Assembly (NCBI GenBank): GCA_965223505.1
Contig: CBDCWP010000024.1
Location: 1-64,000 of the forward strand
Source of the DNA: Planctomycetota bacterium
GTDB lineage: Bacteria > Planctomycetota > PLA2 > JAEUHO01
Direction of reading: 5' to 3'
Length of the DNA stretch: 64,000 bases
This document shows positions 46,028 through 54,668 of this stretch, piece after piece; position 1 is the first letter of the stretch, and each line of letters begins with the position of its first letter. The position numbers and the translations under genes were made by a program. The notes below the pieces were generated by a model, which saw only the letters and a list, made by a program, of their open reading frames with translations, did not search any database and was not told where the DNA came from.

Positions 46028-48073
46028 CTACCGCTGCATCATGTCTTGCAACGCTTCGATCGCCGGCATGAGATCCTGCCGGTCCTCGAGCAGCGGCGCG
46101 AACAGATCGCCGCGGGCGTCGAGCCGGGGCGGCACCGTCTGGATCGTGAACTGCGACGGATGCAGATCCTCGGCCAGCTCGTCCCATTCGAGCGGCGTCG
46201 AGACCGTCGCGCCGCGCACCGGGCGGACGACGTACGGCGGCACGATCGTCTGCCCGCGCCGGTTCTGACCGAAGTCGACGTAGACCCGTCCTTCGCGCTT
46301 CCCGATCACCCGCTCGACGGTCGCGATGTCGCTCGAGTCGCGCGCGACAACGCGCGCGACGCCCTCGCAGAACATGCGTGCCTGGTCGTACGAGTAGCCC
46401 GGCAACAAGGGTATGTGAATGTGCAAGCCGGTCGCGCCCGAGGTCTTCAGCAGCGGCCGCAGCCCGACGTCGTGCAGGATCTCCCCCACCTTGCGGGCGA
46501 TCTCGATCACGTGGTTGAAGGGCGCCTCCTTCGGATCGAGATCGATGACCGCGTAGTCGGGCGACGCGAGCGAGCCGCGCCGCGACATCCAGGGATGCAA
46601 GTCGATGCTCCCGAGATTGGCGAGCAGGCGCAGCGTGTCGCGCTCGTTGCAGAGCATGTACTGCGCGCCCTCCTCCTTGTCGTCGCCTTCGATCGGAACG
46701 GTCTCCACCCAGTCCGGTATCAGGTCGCGCACGTTCTTCTGATAGAAGCTCTTGCCCTCGATGCCGTCGGGGAACCGGTTCATGTGCAGCGGCCGGTCGC
46801 GCAGGTACGGCAGGATCACGTCGGCAACGCGCTCGTAGTACGCGATCAGATCGCCCTTCGTGAAGCCCTCCGCGGGCCAGTAGACCTTCTCGAGATTCGT
46901 GTACTTCACGCGCGAGCGTCCCTGCGAGGGTCGAATGCGCGTCAGCGCCTCGCCGACATGCAGGCCGTCGGCGGCGGCACCCGCAACGGGAATCTCGCGC
47001 CACGCGTCCGAAGGACCGGCCTCGTACACGCTGTTCGCGCGCTTTGCGACGACCGACGGCAGGCCTGCCGCCTCGACGGCGTTGGCAAGCTGCTCGCCGT
47101 TGCCCGGAACGTGATCGACGAAGAGGACGTGCGCCGACGGCGGCAGGACGGCCCGCAGCGCCGCCTTGCGGTCCACCAGCGGCAGCGAACGCAGGTCGAA
47201 CTCGTCGAAGTACAGCAGATCGAACGCGTAGAAGTGGACCGCGCGGTCGTTCTCGCCGGCCAAGCGGCTCTGCAGGAGCGTGCTCGAAGGACGGCCGGCG
47301 TCGTCGGGGACCACGAGGACGCCGTCGAGCAGCGCGCGGTCCGCTCTGAGCGTCGCGCCGTCGTTTCGGATGTCGGACAGCTCGGCGCCGACGTCCCTCA
47401 GCGACACGTCGCCGCCGCGCTTCTCCAAGAACGCGCGTCGGCCCACGAACCGCATCTCGAACAGCCACGCGGGATCCGAGAACGGCTCGCTGTTCGCGCC
47501 GACGCCCATGGGTTCGACCACGTCGGGCATCGGCGCGCGCTCGGCGCGCTCGATGTCCACGCCCAGCACGGAGCTGCGCGGCGTCCCGCTATAGCGATCC
47601 TTCGACTTGAAGAGGAGCCAGTCGCGCTCGCCCTGCTTCGTCTTGACCAGGTGCCACTCCCCGCGCAACTTCCGTCCGCGCAGGATGATCTTGAGCTCGC
47701 CGCTCTTCACCGCCTCGGGACCGCTGTCGGCCAACACGACCTCGTAGACGCCGCGATCCCAGATGGTCATCGTCCCCGCGCCGTACTGGCCCTTCGGAAT
47801 CACACCGGAGAAGTGCTCGTACTCGAGCGGATGGTCTTCGGTCCGAATCGCGAGGTGCTTGTCGGCGGGGTCGTAGGAGAAACCCTTCGGCACGGCCCAG
47901 GAGCGCAACACGCCCTCCATCTCCAGGCGCAGGTCGTAGTGGAGCCGCGTCGCGTCGTGGCGGTGCACGACGAAAACAGGCTCGTCGCCGCGGACGCCGG
48001 CGTCACCGGGAGCGGGCTCCGGCGTACGCTCGAAGTCGCGCTTCTTCCGATAGTCGTCGATCGAGTCGCCCAC
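46028..48073 (-). CDS. ligD: LigD-like NHEJ protein: phosphoesterase + degenerate ligase + AEP polymerase
   Basis: PE domain: YRKKRDFERTPEP, H.ATRLHYDLRLE, SWAVPKG, EDHP. POL domain: RFPDGI, DLDP, KTSG..GLH, VDFGQN. Ligase motifs are degenerate (EMRFVG). Confidence 0.9.
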   Translation of the reverse strand: MGDSIDDYRKKRDFERTPEPAPGDAGVRGDEPVFVVHRHDATRLHYDLRLEMEGVLRSWAVPKGFSYDPADKHLAIRTEDHPLEYEHFSGVIPKGQYGAGTMTIWDRGVYEVVLADSGPEAVKSGELKIILRGRKLRGEWHLVKTKQGERDWLLFKSKDRYSGTPRSSVLGVDIERAERAPMPDVVEPMGVGANSEPFSDPAWLFEMRFVGRRAFLEKRGGDVSLRDVGAELSDIRNDGATLRADRALLDGVLVVPDDAGRPSSTLLQSRLAGENDRAVHFYAFDLLYFDEFDLRSLPLVDRKAALRAVLPPSAHVLFVDHVPGNGEQLANAVEAAGLPSVVAKRANSVYEAGPSDAWREIPVAGAAADGLHVGEALTRIRPSQGRSRVKYTNLEKVYWPAEGFTKGDLIAYYERVADVILPYLRDRPLHMNRFPDGIEGKSFYQKNVRDLIPDWVETVPIEGDDKEEGAQYMLCNERDTLRLLANLGSIDLHPWMSRRGSLASPDYAVIDLDPKEAPFNHVIEIARKVGEILHDVGLRPLLKTSGATGLHIHIPLLPGYSYDQARMFCEGVARVVARDSSDIATVERVIGKREGRVYVDFGQNRRGQTIVPPYVVRPVRGATVSTPLEWDELAEDLHPSQFTIQTVPPRLDARGDLFAPLLEDRQDLMPAIEALQDMMQR

Positions 48074-48768
48074 TAGGTGAACCGCTTCGCGAACGCCTCG
48101 GCGACGAGAGGTCCGGTGGCCTCGTCCTCGTGCTTGAAGAACACGTGTACCGCCTCCCAAGGCAGGTCGGAGATGGCGGCCTCCCAGGCATCGAGCTCCT
48201 TCTTCGCATACTTTTCTTTGCGAAGCCGCAAGTAGCCGTACGACGCCGTCGCGACGACGGGCGGCGTCAGCTCATCCGTCTCCGAGATCACGAGCGCGAC
48301 GTCGTGAGCCTTGAGCACGTCGTACGTCTCTTCGTCGAACCAGCTCTCGTGCCGAAACTCGAACGCCGACCTCCACCCCGCGGGTAGAATCCTCAGGAAG
48401 GCCTTCAGACGATCGATGTCCTTGCGCAGGTACGGCGGCAGCTGGAACAGCATGGGCCCCTGCTTGTCGCCGAGCTCCTTGGCGCTACGCACCACCCAGC
48501 CGAGCGGCTCTTCGGCGTCCTTGAGGCGCTTCTTGTGGGTAATCCGCATCGAGGCCTTGAGCACGAACGAGAAGCCGTCCGGCACGGCGTCGGCCCAGTT
48601 CCGGACGACCTCCCGCTTCGGAACGCGGTAGAAGGTGTTGTTGATCTCGACCGTGCGAAGCCGGCTCGCGTAGTACGCGAGGAACTTCTTCTGCACCAGA
48701 TCGTCCGGATAGAACTTCCCCTTCCACTCCTTGTAGGCGTAGCCGCTCGTGCCGACCCGGACGTCCAT
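48073..48768 (-). CDS. DUF72 (YecE-like) protein
   Basis: VGTSGYAYKEW.G.FYP, VEINNTFY, LFQLPP and EFRHESW. Stop overlaps the ligD start (TAGTG). Confidence 0.9.
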   Translation of the reverse strand: MDVRVGTSGYAYKEWKGKFYPDDLVQKKFLAYYASRLRTVEINNTFYRVPKREVVRNWADAVPDGFSFVLKASMRITHKKRLKDAEEPLGWVVRSAKELGDKQGPMLFQLPPYLRKDIDRLKAFLRILPAGWRSAFEFRHESWFDEETYDVLKAHDVALVISETDELTPPVVATASYGYLRLRKEKYAKKELDAWEAAISDLPWEAVHVFFKHEDEATGPLVAEAFAKRFT

Positions 48769-48814
48769 CCCGAGAGGATACCGGTACGGCCAAGCGGGCG
48801 TGTAGGGTCACGGC

Positions 48815-49846
48815 GTGCACATCGACGACCTGGACTACGAGCTACCTGACGAGCTGATCGCGCAGGAGCCGGCGGCGCGCCGCGACGACGCGCGCATGCT
48901 CGTGTTGGACCGCGCGAAGGACGCGGTCTCCCACGCGGGCGTCCGCGATCTACCGGCGCATCTGCGCGCGGGGGACCTCTTGGTGCTGAACGACACACGC
49001 GTCCTACCCGCTCGTGTCTACACGATGCGTTCGACCGGCGGCCGCGTGGAGCTGCTCTTCCTCGAGCCGCAGGGCGAAGGATGGCTCGCCCTGGCCCGCT
49101 CGGGCGGCCGGTTGCAAGCGGGCGAGCCGCTCACGGTCGACAACGCGACGCTTCGACTCTCGGCCCGGCACGCGGGCGGCCGGTGGCTCGTGACGTGCGA
49201 CGGGGACGTCGAACGGGTCATGGCCGAGCACGGTCGCATGCCGCTGCCGCCGTACATCCGGCGCGACGTCGACGACGGTCGCGCGGCCATGGATGCCGAG
49301 CGCTACCAGACGCTGTACGCCGCGCACGAGGGCGCCGTAGCCGCGCCGACCGCCGGACTGCATCTGACCCCCGCCGTCTTCGACGCACTCTCCGCCGAAG
49401 GCGTCGAGAGGGCGTTCGTCACGCTACACGTGGGACTGGGCACGTTCGAACCGGTTCGGTCCGAACGGCTCGAAGATCACGACATGCACATGGAGCGATA
49501 TGCCGTTGCCCCGGAGACGGCGGACGCCGTCCGCCGCACGAAAGCGCGGGGCGGCCGTGTCGTCGCCGTGGGCACGACGTCGGTTCGCGCGCTGGAAGCG
49601 GCCGCGTTGGCCGCGCCGGACGGACTGCCGCTTCCGGGCTGGGGCCACACGGACCTCTTGATCGCCCCGGGCTTCACGTTCCAGGTCGTGGACGCGCTGC
49701 TGACGAACTTCCATCTGCCCAAGTCGACGTTGATGGCGCTCGTGTCGGCCTTCGCCGGACGGGAGCGCATCCTGGACGCGTACCGCGCAGCCGTCGCGGA
49801 ACGCTATCGCTTCTACTCGTACGGCGATGCGATGCTGTTGCTGTGA
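48815..49846 (+). CDS. queA: S-adenosylmethionine:tRNA ribosyltransferase-isomerase
   Basis: DYELPDELIAQEP, NDTRVLPAR, PLPPYI, YQT, AAPTAGLH, TLHVG.GTF, VGTT, TNFHLPKS and YRFYSYGDAM. Confidence 0.97.
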   Translation: MHIDDLDYELPDELIAQEPAARRDDARMLVLDRAKDAVSHAGVRDLPAHLRAGDLLVLNDTRVLPARVYTMRSTGGRVELLFLEPQGEGWLALARSGGRLQAGEPLTVDNATLRLSARHAGGRWLVTCDGDVERVMAEHGRMPLPPYIRRDVDDGRAAMDAERYQTLYAAHEGAVAAPTAGLHLTPAVFDALSAEGVERAFVTLHVGLGTFEPVRSERLEDHDMHMERYAVAPETADAVRRTKARGGRVVAVGTTSVRALEAAALAAPDGLPLPGWGHTDLLIAPGFTFQVVDALLTNFHLPKSTLMALVSAFAGRERILDAYRAAVAERYRFYSYGDAMLLL

Positions 49847-50955
49847 CGGATCCGTTGACCACCGTTTTCGAGACCGCCGCGTCGTTCGGCTTCGACGTGG
49901 TCGGCGTCACGTCGGCGGCGCCGTTGGACGAAGCGCTGGTGAAGCTCGAGTCCTGGACGTCGGCGGGACACGGCGCGGACCTCCACTACATGACGCGCGA
50001 CCCGCCGCAGCGCGCCGACGCGCGCACGTTGTTGAAGTGCGTTCGCTCGGTGGTCACCGTGGCGGTCAACCACTGGGTCGACGCGCCGGCGTTCGAGGCC
50101 GAGGGCCGCTATGGCCGTATCGCCCGCTACGCCTGGGGACGCGACTATCACGACGTCGTGATCCCGCGGCTGCGTGAGCTCGGTGAGGCACTGACCTCGA
50201 CGTTCGGCGGCGCCGAGGCCAAGGTGGCGTGCGATCACTCGCCGTTCCTCGAGCGCGCGGCAGCCGTGCGGGCGGGGTTGGGGTTCTTCGGCAAGAACAC
50301 CTGCCTGCTGCTGCCGCGCAAGGGATCGTGGTACTTCCTCGGCGAGGTGCTGCTGGACGTCGAGCTGCCGAACACCGAGACCGACAACACCGATCACTGC
50401 GGAACGTGCACGGACTGCCTCGTCGCTTGTCCGACGGACGCGTTTCCGGAGCCGTACGTACTCGACGCACGGCGTTGCATCTCGTACTTGACGATCGAGC
50501 ACGATGGACCGATCCCGCGCGAGCTGCGCGAGCGCATGGGCGCGTGGATCTTCGGATGCGACGTCTGCCAGGACGTGTGCCCGTTCAACCGTTTCGCGAC
50601 GCCCGCGCCGTGGCCGGAGCTTCGACCCGAAGCCGGGGCCGGCACGCGTCTCGATCTCGAAGCGCTTCTCTCCATCCCCGACGACGCGTCGTTCGACGCC
50701 CGCTTCGAGGGCACGCCGCTGCTTCGGCCGGGTCGCAGCGGCATGCTGCGCAACGCCGCGATCGCGGCACGCAACGTCGGAGCGACGAGCGCCGTACCCG
50801 TGCTCGCACGACTCGTGCGCGAGGACGCGGACGCGACGGTCCGCAGCCACGCGCTCTGGGCGTTGCGCGGCCTCGACGAGGGCCGGGCGCGCGCGGCGGC
50901 CGACATCGCGTTACGCGACCCCGATCCGCTCGTTCGCGCCGAGGCCGCGGTGTGA
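49843..50955 (+). CDS. queG: Epoxyqueuosine reductase
   Basis: IARYAWGRDYH, ER..A..AGLG..GKN, CGTCTDCLVACP, CISY.TIE, FGCDVCQDVCPFN and a C-terminal HEAT repeat. GTGA overlap with queA. Confidence 0.95.
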   Translation: MTDPLTTVFETAASFGFDVVGVTSAAPLDEALVKLESWTSAGHGADLHYMTRDPPQRADARTLLKCVRSVVTVAVNHWVDAPAFEAEGRYGRIARYAWGRDYHDVVIPRLRELGEALTSTFGGAEAKVACDHSPFLERAAAVRAGLGFFGKNTCLLLPRKGSWYFLGEVLLDVELPNTETDNTDHCGTCTDCLVACPTDAFPEPYVLDARRCISYLTIEHDGPIPRELRERMGAWIFGCDVCQDVCPFNRFATPAPWPELRPEAGAGTRLDLEALLSIPDDASFDARFEGTPLLRPGRSGMLRNAAIAARNVGATSAVPVLARLVREDADATVRSHALWALRGLDEGRARAAADIALRDPDPLVRAEAAV

Positions 50956-51941
50956 TCTCGATCCTCCTGCCGGTTCGCAACGGCGGCGTGTACTTCCGAG
51001 AGGCGCTGGACTCCCTGGCCGCGCAGACGCACGAGGACTTCGAGGTGCTCGTTCAAGACGACGGCTCGACCGACGACTCCGCCGAGGTCGCACGCGCGTA
51101 CGGCGCGCGCTTCCGCGTCGAGACCGAGCCCCCGAGCGGCATCGTCAGTGCGCTGAATCGAGCGGCCGCCCGGGCGCAGGGCCGGCTGCTCGTGCGCATG
51201 GACGCCGACGACGTGTGCGCGCCGCGACGACTCGAAAGGCTCTGGTCGGCCGCGCAGGAGCACGCGGATGTCGGGTTCTTCGGTAGCCGGGTGCGCTACT
51301 TCCCGGACGAGCATGTGCGCGCCGGCATGCGGCACTACGAGGGCTGGGTGAACAGCCAGCTCTCCCACGCGGAGATACGCCGTGACCGATTCGTCGAGTG
51401 CCCGATCGTGCACGCGTCGTGGGCGATCCGGCGCGAGACGTTCGACGCACTCGACGGCTACCGGGACGGGCTGTTCCCGGAAGACTACGACTTCTTCCTG
51501 CGCGCGGCGGACATGGACACGCGGTTTCGCAAGCTCCCCGACGTGCTGCTCGAGGTGCGCGAGAGCGGCCAGGGGTTCTCGAAACCGCACGAGCGCTACA
51601 GCCACGACGCGTTCCGGACGCTCAAGCTGAAGCACCTGGTTCCCCACCTCGAGACGTTGGGCAGGCCACTCGCCATCGTCGGCGCGGGCCCGGACGGCAA
51701 GCGCTGGGCGAAGGACCTGATCGCCGCGGGGCGACCGGTGCGGCACTTCGTCGAGGTCCATCCGCGCCGGATCGGAAAGGTCATCCACGGCGCCGACGTC
51801 ATCGGCTACGACCAGCTGGAGCGAGCCGAGGGCTGTTTCCTGCTCGTGGCCGTCGGTCAGAAGGGCGCCCGCGACGAGGTGCGCGGCGTGTTGGCGAACG
51901 CGGGGCTGGAAGAAGAGACGGCATTCCTCTGCGTTCAGTGA
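50952..51941 (+). CDS. GT2 glycosyltransferase resembling QTGAL/B3GNTL1 (GT-A domain + C-terminal Rossmann-like domain)
   Basis: ISILLPVRN, DDGSTD, RMDADD (DxD), YEGWVN, PEDYDFF and a C-terminal IVGAGPDGKR. GTGA overlap with queG. Confidence 0.85.
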   Translation: MISILLPVRNGGVYFREALDSLAAQTHEDFEVLVQDDGSTDDSAEVARAYGARFRVETEPPSGIVSALNRAAARAQGRLLVRMDADDVCAPRRLERLWSAAQEHADVGFFGSRVRYFPDEHVRAGMRHYEGWVNSQLSHAEIRRDRFVECPIVHASWAIRRETFDALDGYRDGLFPEDYDFFLRAADMDTRFRKLPDVLLEVRESGQGFSKPHERYSHDAFRTLKLKHLVPHLETLGRPLAIVGAGPDGKRWAKDLIAAGRPVRHFVEVHPRRIGKVIHGADVIGYDQLERAEGCFLLVAVGQKGARDEVRGVLANAGLEEETAFLCVQ

Positions 51942-51958
51942 GTCCGTATCCTGCGAGG

Positions 51959-53494
51959 ATGCGTTTTGTCGCACCCCTGTTGTTGGCGCTGTTCGTGTTC
52001 CGAGGAGACGTCGTGGCGGACGAGCCAAAGGTTCCCATCGAGAAGCTGACCGTCGCGGAGAAGAGCGACTACGAGGCCACGTCCACGTCGGCCGAGGTCG
52101 TCGAGCTGGTGGAACGCATCGTCGAGGTCTCGCCCATCGTCTCGCGCTTCACGTTCGGCAAGACGGTCGAGGGCCGGGACATGATCGCGGCGGTCGCCGC
52201 GCAGCCCCACGTGACGACGCCGCTGAAGCCCGACGACCACCGGCTCGTCGTGCTGCTGCTCGGCAACATCCACGCAGGCGAGTGCGCCGGAAAGGAAGCG
52301 CTGTTGCGGCTCCTACGCGAGCTCGGCCTGGCCGCCAACCACCCGTGGATGAAGCACCTGGTGATCTTGTTCGTGCCGAACTACAACGCCGACGGGAACG
52401 ACAAGACGGCCAAGGACAATCGCCCCGGCCAGGTTGGTCCCAAGAACGGCATGGGGACGCGGGCGAACGCGCAGGGTCTCGACCTCAACCGCGACTTCGT
52501 GAAGCTCGAATCGCCGGAAGCGCGGGCGTTCGTCAGGTTGATCGACGAGTGGAGTCCGCACGTCTTCATCGACTGCCACACGACGAACGGTTCGCGTCAC
52601 CGCTACGCGCTGACGTACGACGTCCCGCACAATCCCTCGGCGGCGACCGCCGCGGTCGTGTACGCGCGAAACATGATGAAGACCGTGACCGAGACGCTGA
52701 CGAAGCGCGGCCTCGACACCTTCTACTACGGCAACTTCGATCGGGACCACACCCGCTGGTCGACGTACGGGCATCAGCCGCGGTACAGCACCGAATACGT
52801 GGGGCTACGTGGACGCATCGCCATCCTGAGCGAGGCGTACTCGTACATCCCCTACCGCGAGCGCATCGAGGCGACACATGCGTTCGTCTCGGCGTGTATC
52901 GACCACGTCGCGCAGGTGAACGAGACCGTGGCACTGCGCTCGCTGCTCTCGCCGACGACGCTGCCGAGCGAGGTCGCGATCCGCGCCGAGATCGCGCCGT
53001 TCGCCGACAAGGTCGTGCTCAAGGGGTACGAGGCGACGGGCAAGCGCGCGCCCGGGCCGATCGAGAACGGCGTGCCGAAAGACCACACCGTCGAATTCTG
53101 GGGGCGCTTCGACCCCACGCTCACGGCCAAGCGCCCCGTGGCGTACGCCATCCCGCCGACGCACGAGAACATCGTCGAGCACCTGCGCCGGCACGGCATC
53201 GAGGTGACGAAGGCCGAGGCCGATCAAGAGCGAGCGGTGCGCGTCTCGAAGCCGACGGACCTGCAGAAGTCGCCGGCGACCTTTCAGGGACATCAGCTCG
53301 TCACCGTGAACACGACGACGACAGAGGGTCGCAGGACGATTCCGAAGGGCTGGTTCCTCGTGGACGCCACTCAGCGGCTCGGCAATCTCGCGGTCTACCT
53401 CCTCGACCCGCGCTCTGACGACGGGCTGGTCACCTGGAACTTCTTCGACGATGACCTGGAGGGCGAGTTCCCGGTCCTGGAGGTGCTCGACTGA
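51959..53494 (+). CDS. Secreted M14 zinc carboxypeptidase
   Basis: IHAGE (HxxE), NADG, DLNRD and DCH motifs, with a signal peptide. Confidence 0.88.
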   Translation: MRFVAPLLLALFVFRGDVVADEPKVPIEKLTVAEKSDYEATSTSAEVVELVERIVEVSPIVSRFTFGKTVEGRDMIAAVAAQPHVTTPLKPDDHRLVVLLLGNIHAGECAGKEALLRLLRELGLAANHPWMKHLVILFVPNYNADGNDKTAKDNRPGQVGPKNGMGTRANAQGLDLNRDFVKLESPEARAFVRLIDEWSPHVFIDCHTTNGSRHRYALTYDVPHNPSAATAAVVYARNMMKTVTETLTKRGLDTFYYGNFDRDHTRWSTYGHQPRYSTEYVGLRGRIAILSEAYSYIPYRERIEATHAFVSACIDHVAQVNETVALRSLLSPTTLPSEVAIRAEIAPFADKVVLKGYEATGKRAPGPIENGVPKDHTVEFWGRFDPTLTAKRPVAYAIPPTHENIVEHLRRHGIEVTKAEADQERAVRVSKPTDLQKSPATFQGHQLVTVNTTTTEGRRTIPKGWFLVDATQRLGNLAVYLLDPRSDDGLVTWNFFDDDLEGEFPVLEVLD

Positions 53495-53535
53495 CGAAGG
53501 GCGCCGGCCAACCGCAGGCGCGGCCGAGCCCCGCC

Positions 53536-54228
53536 CTACGGCTCCTTCAGCTTCTCCTTGAACACCTTCTCGAACTTCTCGAGCTTCGGGGCAATCACCG
53601 CGCGGCAATAGCCCTGGCTGGGATTGTCGTTGAAGTAGTTCTGATGGTAGTTCTCGGCAATGTAGTAGTTGCCGGCTTCGTACGGAACGATCTCCGTCAC
53701 GATCGGCGCGTCGAAGACCTTCTCGTCCGTCAGCTTCTGCCTGTAGGTCTCGGCCAGGCGCTTCTGTTCGTCGTCGTGATAGAAGACCGCGGAACGGTAC
53801 TGCGTCCCGACGTCGGCCCCCTGTCGATTGAGCGTCGTCGGGTCGTGCGTCTGCCAGAACACCTCGAGCAGCTCGTCGTACGTCACCTTGGACGGGTCGT
53901 ATGCAATCTGGGCGACTTCCGCGTGCCCGGTCGTTCCCGAACAGACTTGCTTGTACGTCGGGCTCTCGACGTGGCCGCCGGCATACCCCGACTCCACGGA
54001 GAGCACACCGTGCAGTCGTTGGAACACCGCTTCGACACACCAGAAACAACCCGCGCCGAACGTCGCGAGCCGACGCTCGCTCGGCGGAACATTAGAAACG
54101 CTCTCATCCTGCTGGCTCGGCAAGGCGGGGTTTTCCACAGCCGTCTCCCTACGGGTCTCGTCACCACAACCCGCGAGTGCCAGCGAGAAAACGGCGAGGA
54201 AAGCGGTTCTGGCGGCGTCACGGATCAT
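53536..54228 (-). CDS. msrA: Peptide methionine sulfoxide reductase A with lipoprotein signal
   Basis: GCFWC, GYAGG, TGHAE, HDPT…RQG.D.G.QYRS and AE.YHQ.Y. Lipobox LAGC. Confidence 0.95.
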   Translation of the reverse strand: MIRDAARTAFLAVFSLALAGCGDETRRETAVENPALPSQQDESVSNVPPSERRLATFGAGCFWCVEAVFQRLHGVLSVESGYAGGHVESPTYKQVCSGTTGHAEVAQIAYDPSKVTYDELLEVFWQTHDPTTLNRQGADVGTQYRSAVFYHDDEQKRLAETYRQKLTDEKVFDAPIVTEIVPYEAGNYYIAENYHQNYFNDNPSQGYCRAVIAPKLEKFEKVFKEKLKEP

Positions 54229-54425
54229 CTGTACGAGTCTACGCGACGAACGGCGACACGCCGGCACGCGCACAGGTGCGAGCAAGCAGCTTCGAGTGGT
54301 ATGCCGGTATTCAGAGCGAACGTCACGAATCCGATGTCAGGAAGGTTGATGCGTCGAGCGCCGCGCGGTAGGTAGGCACGAGGACGCCCCCGACGACATC
54401 CTCGACCTCGTCAGCGAGACCCCGC

Positions 54426-54644
54426 ATGCAACCTGTCATCGGCACCAGCCATCGCTGCCCCCACTGCGGGGGTCAGCTCGACGACTCCGAGGAAGACCGC
54501 AACGGCGCGACGATCTGGGTTCGGATCGTCAGCGACTCGCTGTGGGAGTTCTCCTCGGGCGCCCCGATCGGCGAAGAGAGCGCCGAGCCCGGCACCTTGG
54601 TCTGCCGGGCGTGCGACAAGCCGTTCCACATCGTTCGGCGCTAG
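54426..54644 (+). CDS. Small zinc-ribbon protein
   Basis: 72 aa with CPHC and CRAC pairs, filling an otherwise empty gap. Confidence 0.55.
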   Translation: MQPVIGTSHRCPHCGGQLDDSEEDRNGATIWVRIVSDSLWEFSSGAPIGEESAEPGTLVCRACDKPFHIVRR

Positions 54645-54668
54645 GTCTCCGACAACCCTGCCACGAAG

